DNA from: Lepidodermella squamata
Taxonomy: Eukaryota; Animalia; Gastrotricha
Reading direction: 5' to 3'
DNA: 64,000 bases
Assembly (NCBI GenBank): GCA_047495785.1
Contig: JBLDXI010000042.1
Coordinates: 2,170,001-2,234,000, forward strand
The position numbers were made by a program, and so were the translations under genes. The notes under the pieces were generated by a model. It did not search any database. It saw only the letters and a program-made list of their open reading frames with translations, and was not told the DNA's origin. This document shows, piece by piece, positions 37,303 through 48,538 of this stretch (the first letter of the stretch is position 1; every line of letters starts with the position of its first letter).

Positions 37303-40300
37303 ATGGATGAAGAGTTCAAACTACTGCGCTATGAAAAAGTTAGCGAACGCTTTGGCTTATCGACATATGAATTTTTAATCCAGGCCGGTGGTGGTGAATC
37401 TTCCGCCGAAACGGATTCTCTCCAGCAATATGAAAAAATTCAAAACTATTTTGAAAAAATAGTTGATCGGCTTCGATCAAAGTTTGACCCGGATAGCATG
37501 TGCCGGATATCTATTCACAACTCGGAGCTTTCGTATCCGATATCACTGGGCTATTATAGGCTAGCAATTTTATCAGGGGCTATCATAACCAATCATGTGG
37601 AACGAATCGCTCAGTCGAAGCGAGGATTAATTTTTTCATCCACTCCTTTCCGAGTAGAAGCAAACATGGTTTTTCTCGATAAAATGAGGGATGATGAATC
37701 CAAGTATTTAGGATCTGGCCCTGTTAGGCATCGAAAGAAACTCGAGACAAGCGCCTTGAAATGGCTATCAAATCTTAGTTCTTACATCCCTGTTGACAAC
37801 GCAGATAATCTGTGTTTATTTTACGCTGTGGTTTTGGGCATGAGCCACAGCAATTACATAGCATATGTAGCCGATAAAAACAAGAATTTACTTCGATATT
37901 TGGAATCTCCAGAATTGGAGCAAAAAGGACTAGAATATATGCATCTGAAAAATGACAAGGCTAGACTGCGAAAGATGGCTCGGGATCTGTGCCGAAAATC
38001 CGGCTACGACCCCGAATCTAATCGATCATACGGTGTAGCTGACCTTCCTAAAATAATGCAATTTTTTCCGGATCATCAAGTAATAGTTTATTCTCTATCA
38101 GACAATCGGGTCGTATACATGTGGCCTGATAGCAGTGCTTTTTCTGACAAAGATCCGATTCGAGTATACTTGATATGGATCCATCCCAAGTTGATGGCTC
38201 CAATGTACAGCAGGGTTGGGCATTACGGCGCTCTCAAGAATTTGAGTCAAGTAAGCCATGCGAAAACGTACTGTAAACTGTGCTTTGTACCTATATCAAG
38301 ATCAAATCATAATTGCCTATATCGATGTTACGCATGCCATCAGCGATTAAAACCAGCTTTAAGTTCGAATAATGGGATAGTGGATACTCCGAGATGCCTT
38401 AATAGGTGTTCCGATGAGTCAACAATTAGTTGTCAGAACTGCAATCGATTTTTTTTCGGAATTAATTGTCACAATTACCACATCAAAGCTAAGATATGTG
38501 ACAAATTTGTTCGATGCAAATCTTGCGGGCAAATTAAAACTCGAATTAGGATGGCTGAGCACAAATGCTCTGGTCGCAAGTGTGTGGTTTGCAAATCAAA
38601 GCTGGAACCTGGCCATCAATGCTATTGGACAAGGCCAAAGCTTAAGGAATCAGCTGCTCCGAATCGCGTATTATACTTTGACATCGAATGTATGCTCTTG
38701 GATTGTGGGGAATTTCATGCAAGCACCGTTATCGGCGAATTCGCATGCGATGCGTGTTCAGAGCGTGAAATACGCGAATATCCCGCGGACGGAGGTTCAA
38801 TCTGCGAAAATGAGTGCTCTCAGCTATTTTTCTATCACGAATCTGATGCATTCGCGAAATTCATGCGATATATATGCTGCGATCGGTATAAGGATCTGAC
38901 GTGCATTTCTCATTACGGCGGTAAGTGATTAGGCTCAAAAAACGTGAAAAATCTAGGCTGTAATTATTTTAGGCAAATTTGATACGATTTTTGTTCTGCG
39001 CTACGTTCAAGAACAGAATATTAAATTTGAGACTATAGAGAGGGCGGGAAGAATATTGGAGCTAAAAATAGATCGTGGACCCCGGTAAGAGTGCAAATTT
39101 GTAAAAAAAAATAGATTTCAAAAATTGGGAAAAAATAGATTTATTGATAGCTACAACTATTTTTTGACAAAATTGTCCTCTCTCCCGGCCGCTTTCGGCA
39201 TTGACGGCTTGGAAAAACTTAGCTATGCTCATAAACTGCATACCCGCGAAAATTTGTTCAAAGTTTTTCCCGAATGGCCTGGGCTTGAAAAGTACGATAT
39301 CAGCGGCATGTCTGAGAAAGAAATCGCCAGCTTGGAAGATTTCATCAGGCTGAAGAGGCAAAATCGCGAAAGTTACGATTTTAAATCGGAAACTTACCGG
39401 TATTGCCGACAAGATACCGTCATTCTACGAATAGCAACTGGCCGATTCAAGAAAATGATACAGGAATTATCAAAGTGTGATTACGCACCGAATGGTATCA
39501 ATTGCTTCAACTACCTAACACTGTCGTCCATCTCCCATATTATTTATCGAGTAGGTTAAGAAAAAAATGGAGTAATCTACCTTAAAAACATTTCTGGTCA
39601 CCCTAGATTAAGTACATGCTGCCAAATTCAATTCGAATATTCAATCCTCAAGGATTGGTGCTCAGAGACGTCGCAAGTCAAGAAGCTCTGCAATGGCTAT
39701 ATTATTACTCTAAAATTCATAATGTGGAGATTGAATCAGCTTTGAATGGCAGTGAAATTAGGCTGAAAATGTCTGATAAATCTGAGCTCAAAGCTGACGG
39801 GGTAATTCGCAACAAGTCAACAGGGATGGTTGAGCGGGTACTCGAATACTACGGTGAGCTCTGAACATCATTTTCTCAGATAGATTTACGCTTTCGGTTC
39901 TAGGCTGCACCGTTCACGGGCATCCTCGTTGCGTCCCTGAAAATAGGTACAACTTTTTGCTGCGAAAAACGTATGGGGAGCTTGCTTATCAAACGGCTAA
40001 ACGCGAAGAAAAGCTTCGCCAGCATAATTATCAAATCACCTCGATTTACTCTTGCGAGTTTAAGCAAATTCTCGCGAATGACCCAGAACTTGCTTCGACA
40101 TTGCGAGCTGCGGTTTCAATAGTACCGCCGATTAAACCACGGTCAGCGCTATTGGTAAGACTGCTGAAATTGCGATAAATATATCAATAGAAAATAATTT
40201 TAGGGTGGACGAACGGAGGTATTCAGGTGTTATTTTGCTAGAGATTCAGCGACGAGTCTTCAATATGTGGATATAAATTCCATGTATCCATACGTTCTGT

Positions 40301-41785
40301 GTAGCAAACAGTTTCCGTGCAATAACATCTCGGCACAAGTATTAAGGTGGCGATTGAACGACGAAAAACTGAGAGCAAAGTTTTTCGACGAAAATGACCC
40401 AGCATTTGGCCTAGTTTCAGCGAAGTGTTGTCCGAATCCCAGCCTAATCGTGCCATGTTTGCCTTATAAGTCCCCCGATGACGATCGCCTGGTTTTTATC
40501 AGTTGCAGAACATGCTATCTGGAGAAAAACGTGACGACTAGATGCAATCATGACATGGATCAGCGCGCAATTTCCGGAGTTTGGACCAGCGAGGAGCTTC
40601 GCATGGCTGTTGTACAATTCGGTTATAACTTGGTCGAGGTATACGAAATATGGCACTTTCCAGACCGTAGCAACTTGCAATTCAGAGAATTCATTCTCTC
40701 GCTTCAAAAATTGAAGCTTGAAAACACTGTTCTTGCTCCAACAGTTGACGTCGAGCAATACGTCACCGAATGTCGGGAAAGGTACGGAATCGAGCTCGAC
40801 CGGCAAACCATGCTGTCGCCGAATGCTTCGATGAAACAGATTTCCAAGATCCTTCAAAATAGGTAGGTCGATTAAACAATCTTGAAATTAACCCTAATTT
40901 ATCTCTCAGCTTCTACGGTCGCTTTTGCCTACGAGCAAATAATTCCGTGGTGAAATATTTGGACTCGCCAGAACAGTTGATCGAGCTTTTTGAAGCTCCA
41001 AGCAAGGTTATTCACACAATTCAGCCAGTAGGACCAGATGACGAGCACCAAAAAGTCCGCGTTTCATATTCAGACGCTCCAGAATATGAACAGCCATGCG
41101 CTACCAACTCTGAAATTACAGCCTCCTTTATAACTTCTTACGCAAGAATGAAACTTTACGAGGAGGTTCGCAATAATTGGACTAAACGAATTTCAAGCTA
41201 ATTACCTTTGATTTCAGATGGCCAAGCTGGGTTCCAGACTTGTATACTGCGACAGTAAGCAAATTCGCTACCTAAATTTCGTAGAATTTTGATAATCTTG
41301 TATTACGCAGCCGATTCGTTGATTTACACGCACCAAGAGGGTGAATACAAAATTCCAGAGAGTCCATTTCTGGGAGACTTCAAGTCTGAATTGAGCGAGG
41401 GAGAATTCATTGAGTCTTGGGTAGCGATTTCGCCAAAATCCTATTCATTTGTCTCCAACTTGAGGTATAGAATTAATTTTTAGACTTGTTTTTTTTTTAA
41501 TTAATTTCTTTTAGAACTGAACTCAAGTTTAAAGGAATAACCCAAAACTTGGCGGGGAAACGGTTGACTCACGAATCTCTAATTAAGCTGCTAACCGACT
41601 ACCTTAACAATTTTGCTGCTGAAAGTGCGATAACTGTCGATCAGACCGTATTTCGTAGGCGTCACGTTCCAGCATCCGTAACTCTTGAAAATATTGAGAA
41701 AACAGTATCCCCTCACCTTAATGACAAACGAATATTTGATCCTTTGTCATTCACCTCTATCCCTTACGGATATCTTCCTCATTAA
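37303..41785 (+). CDS. pPolB: Protein-primed family B DNA polymerase (TP/vOTU-like N-terminus, Cys-rich region, exonuclease, VSR-like insert); 9 introns
   Basis: After splicing: YFDIE, HYGGKFD, FIDSY, YCRQD, EYYGCTVHG, GGRTE, DINSMYP, KILQNSFYG, YCDTDS, KFKGI. Introns 38921-38972, 39085-39138, 39551-39606, 39854-39903, 40155-40203, 40863-40909, 41166-41217, 41255-41310, 41465-41514. Confidence 0.95.
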
Positions 41786-41829
41786 AATAATAATACGATT
41801 TGATCGCTTTCTCTCGTAGATTTTAGAAA

Positions 41830-42261
41830 ATGACAAAAAGTATCGCATCGGAGCGTTTAGCGCCTGAGAGCAAGGCCTTGTACGAATTTATCGAAGACGA
41901 GGTTACCTGCAGCATCTGCTTGGGAATAATGACTTCTCCCGTCTACCTAACAAGTTGTCATCACGTCTATTGCGAATCCTGCCTATGCCGATGGGGCGAG
42001 AGATGCCGCGGTTCTGATGCTCGATCTCTTATATTCAAAAGAGCGACTTGTCCCAAATGTCGAGAGTTTTACTCGCTGTTGGACATCAATCCTGGACCTG
42101 GTGTCGTCGAGCGGCTAGTTTCGCGCATGCTTTTCAGTTGCATTTATGAAAAGTATGGTTGCTCAGTGAAGCGTGACCATTGGGGCATCAGGGCTCATCA
42201 AAGGATCTGCAAGGAGAAAGGAGCTGCTAGTAAGCGCAAAGTTGCCCAACAGCTTGCATGA
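41830..42261 (+). CDS. C3HC4 RING finger protein with TRAF/SIAH-type zinc finger (putative E3 ligase)
   Basis: CSIC...CHHVYCESC...CPKC followed by CIYEKYGC...HQRIC. Confidence 0.9.
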   Translation: MTKSIASERLAPESKALYEFIEDEVTCSICLGIMTSPVYLTSCHHVYCESCLCRWGERCRGSDARSLIFKRATCPKCREFYSLLDINPGPGVVERLVSRMLFSCIYEKYGCSVKRDHWGIRAHQRICKEKGAASKRKVAQQLA

Positions 42262-42421
42262 AAAAAATGCTTGATAATTTAGCGTCAATAATCCAAAGTT
42301 GCTCAACAGTTTGCATGTAAATACATCTCGCATTAACTTCAATAATCCATTAAATTCCAAATATAATATATATTTTTTTAATAATTTTAGAAAATTAAAA
42401 ATTAAAAATTTCCGCCGAATC

Positions 42422-42798
42422 ATGGTGATCGCCAAGTCCTATGCTGCGTATATCAGAACCGACAAAGATCTCCTATTTTATACGCCCTTCAACGAACAAA
42501 GCACGACTGATGATATGGCCAAGAGAATGCGAGAATACTGGCCAGCGAACTGGGGCGAAAAGCCTGGGGACATCAAGTTTGAATGCAAAGGCCGATCAAT
42601 ACGGAAGACAGTTCGCCTGTCAAGTAAGCTTTCCGCCATGCCTGACTAAACTTGAAAGTTTACTCGCTAGGTTTGAGCCGCTTGGTTGGTGGTCGCATGT
42701 ACGTATTCTATGGGAAGGCGAAACTCGGGACAGCGACACCTGGAAAGGTGGACTGCCCCGCCTGCGAAAAAGGAGAGTGCATCATGTCAGAATTCTAG
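42422..42798 (+). CDS. UBL3/MUB-like ubiquitin-fold protein 1
   Basis: STTDDMAKRMREYWPANWGE; intron 42624-42670; ends CPACEKGECIMSEF. Confidence 0.75.
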
Positions 42799-42894
42799 GT
42801 GGTGAACGCAGTGACTTATCAATTATTCCCCTCTGTTTATTCACATTAAACAATGTATATAAAATTTTGATTAATCTTAGACGTTACTTTAATC

Positions 42895-43270
42895 ATGGGA
42901 TTCCGAGAACCCTCTTCATTCGAGTCGAGCCCTTCACCAGATGATGATCTCGAGATTGGCTATGCCGCAACGCTAATATGGCGGAATAAGGACCAAATAG
43001 TCATCCATTGCTGCAAGTCGTTTACTGTCGACGACATTATCTGGCAATTGTATCACGAGTGGCCCGAAAGTTGGGGCCTTAAACCGGCGTTGAGTAGCAT
43101 TTACCTGTATCACTGGGGAGTTCCGTTGAAGCGAGAAGCCCGCCCCATAAGTAAGTTGTGCCAAGATGACCTCAAGCCCGTTTCAATATATCTTTTCAGA
43201 ATATTGCGAGTACTATGGCCAAGGCGGTATAGAACTGAAGGTTAAAATCAGTGATGATGACGAGGAGTGA
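42895..43270 (+). CDS. UBL3/MUB-like ubiquitin-fold protein 2
   Basis: TVDDIIWQLYHEWPESWG...IYLYHWG; intron 43151-43199; ends IELKVKISDDDEE. Confidence 0.75.
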
Positions 43271-43660
43271 TTGATCGCATCTCTAGTAAATCGAGTCTCT
43301 AAGAAGGTTTTTTTTTCTTCTAAAAATTAGAGAAATTTAAAACAATATTCAGCGAACATGAGGCTGCGAATTCGAATTGCAGATGGCCTCGAGCCAACTT
43401 TTTGTATCAGAGACATGGGACATTACAAAGCAAGTAATTTTGCGCTAGTTGAAATTTGCATCTCTTAACTGCTTCTTGCAATAGGAGTTAACAATTCGAA
43501 ACTTTCCAGGCTATGCTCGCGTTTCCGTTGGCAACTCGGCGATAGTTAAGATGTATCGCCAATCTGAAACCGTCACCGTTATTTGCATCTATAAGAAGCA
43601 ATAAATCGCCTTAATTGATTTGTATTGTGGACATTTTAGATAAATTTGAGAATATATTTG

Positions 43661-44056
43661 ATGGAAACTCCCCGCCCTTCATCTTCGAGCAGCATCGAGT
43701 CGCACCACTCGGCTGACTCCATGCGGCCTTGTGCTCCACGCGAACGCACTGTTGTTCTACGATGGATAGATGGTAGTGAAATCGTCATGCCATTTAGCAA
43801 ATATTGCACGGTAGCCGATCTCATCTTCATGCTGTATGAAAAATGGCCGGCAGAATGGGGGGAAAGACCGCAGTACAGGAGACTTTTGCTGTGCGATAGT
43901 TACTGCCGAATTCCTAAATTCGCTCGAATGATGGGTAAGTTAATGTTTATTAAATTCCACCGTTAAATGACTGAATTTTATTAACCTTAACTTACAGAGC
44001 TCGACAGACGATCTGGAAGGACGTTCTTGTTATTCGTCAAGCTGACAGCATACTGA
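43661..44056 (+). CDS. UBL3/MUB-like ubiquitin-fold protein 3
   Basis: VVLRWIDGSEIVMPF...TVADLIFMLYEKWPAEWGE; intron 43935-43997; ends TFLLFVKLTAY. Confidence 0.75.
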
Positions 44057-44126
44057 CACGGATTAACTAACTAATAACTGTTTGCATGCATCAGCTAAAT
44101 TTAGGCAGCATTATTACATAGCGAAT

Positions 44127-44438
44127 ATGGATAGTTTGGATTCCCTCAGCTCATCTGACGATTCATGCGTAGCAGACGATTTCAGCGTCCTTTTAACATG
44201 GATGAATGGTGACGAACTCATAATGAGATGCCCTCGAACGGATTCTGTTGATGATTTGCTGTCAAGACTCTATGATGACTGGCCAGTGTATGGATGGGGA
44301 AGACGACCCGCGGATCCTGCCGTGTTAGCGCTGAGCAACGCCAGACAATGCTTACCAAGATCCCAACTGCTTATGAGGGATCACACTGGAGATGCTACGG
44401 GGCATGTCATCTTGAAGTTTTATGTACATTTGAAGTAA
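44127..44438 (+). CDS. UBL3/MUB-like ubiquitin-fold protein 4 (intronless)
   Basis: DSVDDLLSRLYDDWPVYGWG...DPAVLAL. Confidence 0.7.
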   Translation: MDSLDSLSSSDDSCVADDFSVLLTWMNGDELIMRCPRTDSVDDLLSRLYDDWPVYGWGRRPADPAVLALSNARQCLPRSQLLMRDHTGDATGHVILKFYVHLK

Positions 44439-44612
44439 TTCTCGCAATAGCTTGTATTATCGCCTCAGTATACCTTGTATATCAATCTATAACCTCATTA
44501 TAAATAGGAATGTAAACTGTTTTTTAGAGTGATTAGCTTTGTATGTAAAATTGATCCCAACGGCAAATTTAGGCGAGTAATTTAAGGCTTTATATAGCAT
44601 CAAAAGAGCAAA

Positions 44613-44837
44613 ATGGATTGGGGTAGCTCATCATCTGATGATTCAAGCATAGCCGACGATTTCTGCGTTCTTTTAATCTGGGAGAATGGCAACACACTAA
44701 CAACGAGGTGCCCTCGAACGGATTCTGTCGATGATTTACTGTCAAGACTGTACTCTCGGGGTGCGATCTTGGAGCTGCCGGGTTCTGGGGGACCGACTTT
44801 GCTTGCTGTATTTATTAAAAGGATTAGAACTAATTAA
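44613..44837 (+). CDS. Internally deleted duplicate of UBL-like protein 4
   Basis: Shares RCPRTDSVDDLLSRLY and flanking DNA with copy 4; the WPxxW segment is missing. Confidence 0.6.
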   Translation: MDWGSSSSDDSSIADDFCVLLIWENGNTLTTRCPRTDSVDDLLSRLYSRGAILELPGSGGPTLLAVFIKRIRTN

Positions 44838-45065
44838 CCTCATTAAATACGAATGTAAATTTTGTGATTTTTTAGAATGATTAACATGTCATGTAAAATT
44901 GATTTCAACTCCGCCATGCATCCGAATTTTGCGTGGGCGCTAGTTCGAGGTTCGAAGGTGGGACGCGATTTCAAGCCTCGGGTGACACTACATTGCCCTA
45001 TATATTTTCAGCCATTTGACCTTCTTCGAGCCACTAGCAGCAGCAGGTCCAGTGTGTCCCAGTCG

Positions 45066-45816
45066 ATGATGAAAGTGATGTGCATCTCTGACACTCATAA
45101 CGAAGACATCGTACCACTTGTTAGCAAGCTTCAGCGATCATCGCAAGCCGACATTTTGATCCATGCTGGAGATGCGACCACGTTCGGTAGTCTTGACGAA
45201 GTGAGAAATTTTGATTCTCAGCTTGCGAAATTGAGACCGCTGTTTCACCAAGTAATTGTAATCGCTGGAAACCACGATCGCTCCTTACAATACGACCGCA
45301 ATTTACTGCGCGATAATTGCACCTACTTGCAGGATAGCTCTGTAAAAGTGAATGGCTTTCTTTTCTACGGCGCTCCATGGTAATTTATAAGGCAATAATC
45401 ATCGGCTTTGACGTGTGTGCAAAACAGGACACCACTCAGCGAGAGCTGCCATTCTGCTTTTACGCTCAACAGAGGCAACGAACTCGGTGAAAAGTGGGCA
45501 TTGATACCCGCTGAGACGGACGTTTTGGTAACACATTGTCCACCGTTAGGTGCTCTGGATCAAACGTCAACAGGTGATCACCTGGGATGTCTCTCACTAG
45601 CTTATCATGTCTTGGGTCGGATTCAACCACAACTCCATGTTTTCGGCCATTGCCACTACAGTAAGATATATCAAAACAACACACGAATCATATTACATAT
45701 TTATTTCAGGTAACGGAGAAATGCAAAGTGAATATACGCACTTTGTGAATGCGAGCATTTGCGATGATAACAACAGGCTTCAATTCATGCCGAGGCTGGT
45801 CGATCTCTACCATTAG
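45066..45816 (+). CDS. MPPED1/2 (239FB)-like metallophosphoesterase; start may lie upstream (44877)
   Basis: CISDTH, HAGD, IAGNHD, VLVTHCPP, HVFGHCH, FVNASIC; introns 45380-45427 and 45661-45709. Confidence 0.9.
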
Positions 45817-46781
45817 TCGACCTTTGGAACCCACGATGACCAATTCCCGCCAGTCTGCTTGGCAATGTGCTCTTTATTCTGCTCACCCGCCGCCGCCTGC
45901 TCTTCCTTACTACGTAGCGAACGTGGTGATGCCGCTACCCGCGGATTAGTCGCGTTCAACGCTCCTGCTCTGACCATGTTTCGAATACGGTCTTGCATTC
46001 TCGGACTCAGATTAGCGTTCTTGTTAGTTGCCTTGTCGAGAAATTCTACCAACTCCCATGAATCTATCAATTGTCCTTCCGAGTTGACGTATTCGATTTT
46101 ATTTGCAGGCGAAATATAGACTGATTTTGGCTTTGAACTCCCGCGCAAGTGATTCAAAATTCGAGCTGCAGCAGATTGTTGTGTTTTACTCGGGAAATTT
46201 TCGAGGATCCTGCCGTCCGTCAAGTTTACAAGACTGATTTTATCTTTCGGCTTCGCCTTCTGATCAACTATGTCCTCATTGTCGTTTTGTTGCTCGTCTT
46301 GGCTAAACTGCTCTATTTTTGGCGAAGTAGTATTACCAATCACCCTGCGCTTGGGAGTGCCGTTGGGCGAAGTCCTGTATTTCTTCGCTAATTTTCGCAA
46401 GATTCCGGGCGTTGGTGCAGGGCTTTCGTCCTCCTGCTCTTCCGCCTCTTCATCTGCCTCCTGCTGCTGCTGCTCCTTTTCCTCGGCTTTACCTTCAAGG
46501 ATTTTCAATTCCTTTACGACTCGTTGAAACTCTCGAAACGCTGAGTTGAATTTGTACAGCTTTTCGCGGGCATCTTCGTCGCTGCCTTCAGATAACGATG
46601 TCAGCAGCTGAGTCGCGTTACGTTTAAGATGACCTTTTTGCGCAGGTTGAGAGGCTTCCTTTATCAACCGCTTGCTCTCTGCCTCGAGTGCTGATGGGGC
46701 TTCCGTTTTATTAGCTTCACTAGAAGATCCAAGCACAAGAGCGTAACGCTTCGCATGCAGACCAATGTCTGTCGATTTCAT
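45813..46781 (-). CDS. Polinton protein of unknown function, possibly virion-associated
   Basis: 322-aa ORF at the end of the structural gene block; C-terminal QTGGNW. Confidence 0.7.
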   Translation of the reverse strand: MKSTDIGLHAKRYALVLGSSSEANKTEAPSALEAESKRLIKEASQPAQKGHLKRNATQLLTSLSEGSDEDAREKLYKFNSAFREFQRVVKELKILEGKAEEKEQQQQEADEEAEEQEDESPAPTPGILRKLAKKYRTSPNGTPKRRVIGNTTSPKIEQFSQDEQQNDNEDIVDQKAKPKDKISLVNLTDGRILENFPSKTQQSAAARILNHLRGSSKPKSVYISPANKIEYVNSEGQLIDSWELVEFLDKATNKNANLSPRMQDRIRNMVRAGALNATNPRVAASPRSLRSKEEQAAAGEQNKEHIAKQTGGNWSSWVPKVD

Positions 46782-47197
46782 GGTTTTCGGGTTGCCTTAA
46801 CAATAGCTTCAACGATTGTAGGGAGTATGCCTATAACAATCCTGCAGATAAACTTCATAGTCGAATTTGAAAAACGCATACCTGCTGCAGCAGATAATAG
46901 CGGAACAACGAACGCAGCGCCGCCTTTTTGAACTATGAATGTTCGGTTACCACTGATTGTTCTGTCACTACTACTCAGTTTTTTGATAGATTTCCTAAAT
47001 TTACGCAGCTTTGGTGCCAAATTATCCGGAATCTGTAGATTTTTGTTGATAAGATTCAGGCAGATTTCACTGATAATTCTGATCACGGAATCAGGAGCTA
47101 TCGATAATAGCTGTCGTCTTCTGTCGGCTGTTTTTGCTTTATGAATTTCCCTTAAAAAGCCCAGTACTCGATCAGATTTATTCAATGGCTTACTCAT
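46778..47197 (-). CDS. Basic core protein with adenovirus pX-like QKGG-hydrophobic tail
   Basis: QKGGAAFVVPLLSAAAG|ILPTIVEAI; probable in-frame intron 46831-46881. Confidence 0.7.
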   Translation of the reverse strand: MSKPLNKSDRVLGFLREIHKAKTADRRRQLLSIAPDSVIRIISEICLNLINKNLQIPDNLAPKLRKFRKSIKKLSSSDRTISGNRTFIVQKGGAAFVVPLLSAAAGMRFSNSTMKFICRIVIGILPTIVEAIVKATRKP

Positions 47198-47262
47198 GCT
47201 TAATAGACATGCTACCAATAATTTAAGAAAAAAGTCCGTTTCATCTCATTTAAATATACATT

Positions 47263-47999
47263 TTATTTAGGAACATAAATGACACCAGGGTTACTTCCTA
47301 CCCCGGTTCTGTAACGCATATATTCAGGACAGTTAGGACTCAGATCTATTAACAAATAATTGTGACTGCCTTTGCTAGTTTCCATTTCAAAGCTCTCAAC
47401 TAAAAAGCGCCATCGCAACGGTTCCAGCTGCAGAGCAAGGTAGCGAAATGCTGTGAGGTCCGCTCGATGCCGAAAAATGAACAAGTATTTCGCATTTAGG
47501 GTCATTTCTTTGGAAACTTTTCCCTTACTGAATATGGCTTGTTGGGTGAAAAACACTGACAAGTTCATGTGATGAGAGTATCGATAGAATAACTGTAAAA
47601 TCTTGGGATCGTTTCGACCCGTATCATATAGATCATCTATGAGAAGTAAGGTGTGTTTGTCTTCACTATTCTCGAATTCTTCAAAATTGAGTTGTTCCAA
47701 TCCTTTCCGAAAGTCGATACTTACTCCACGAATCCTCTCAACTTCGTCTTTGATTTGCTGATGCATCTTAGTTTCGACGCCGTAAAACCATACGATTCTT
47801 TGCGGCGGCGGAGAGATGGACTCGAGATCGCACAGAATGCTCCGAATAAGCCATGTTTTACCTGAAAAGTACCTTCTAAATACTAACTATTCAACTTGCT
47901 ATATATCATACCTGCTCCGCTGGGACCTATTACAAGAGAGCAGAATGGAGCTTGCAGACTCAGCGAAAAGTCAGTCTCTGATGGCAAATTGCTTGACAT
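47263..47999 (-). CDS. A32/FtsK-like DNA packaging ATPase
   Basis: Walker A GPSGAGKT is restored by intron 47862-47911; Walker B LLLIDD; SHHMNLSVFFTQQ. Confidence 0.93.
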
Positions 48000-48535
48000 G
48001 ATTGGCGACCGTCACACGTGGATAATTTGTGCGCGGCCTTGCTTAGCTTAAATAGCTTTTTCACTTGGTCTACTACAAACTTGTCAGTCTCTGGCGGCAT
48101 CGGCAGCATCCGCGTAATGCTATTAATTGTTGCGCCCCGCGATAGCCAATGCAAACTCCAATATGCATAGTACCCACAAACAGCTGATGTATCCCCCTGA
48201 TATTTTCTCCCGTTAAAAGCATAGTAATCTGCCCCATTTATTTCCTTTAAAAACTGCTCAATATCTTGATTGTAGAAAAAACCCCGTTGGCCGTAGCTGT
48301 CAAATAGTGTTGCGGGTTCATTATTTTGTGGAACGTATATAGATAGCCAGTGGCGCCCAGGCTGGCCTGCAGCGTCCGTATTTACAATCAAGGCCATCGG
48401 CCGATCACTCAGTCTTCGATATTCAGCTAGGAAATCCCACGGAATTGTCTTTTTAACTGCAAGTTTACTTATTATCTTGTCACAGGCTAATAGGCAGTCA
48501 AGTTGGAGCGTGTTAAGTTGCTCTGCGGCATCCAT
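47960..48535 (-). CDS. Adenain-like cysteine protease
   Basis: GRHW, FDSYG, QGDTSAVCGYY (His-Asp-Cys triad). Confidence 0.93.
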   Translation of the reverse strand: MDAAEQLNTLQLDCLLACDKIISKLAVKKTIPWDFLAEYRRLSDRPMALIVNTDAAGQPGRHWLSIYVPQNNEPATLFDSYGQRGFFYNQDIEQFLKEINGADYYAFNGRKYQGDTSAVCGYYAYWSLHWLSRGATINSITRMLPMPPETDKFVVDQVKKLFKLSKAAHKLSTCDGRQSCQAICHQRLTFR

Positions 48536-48538
48536 TTG

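Noticed and set aside
37303-41785. Fragmented pPolB ORFs suggesting a pseudogene
   Set aside because: Every break is bridged by a 47-56-nt GT-AG intron that restores frame and motifs.
43358-43603. Possible extra small two-exon gene within the UBL cluster
   Set aside because: The longer product needs a GC-AG intron and has no recognisable motif; left uncalled.
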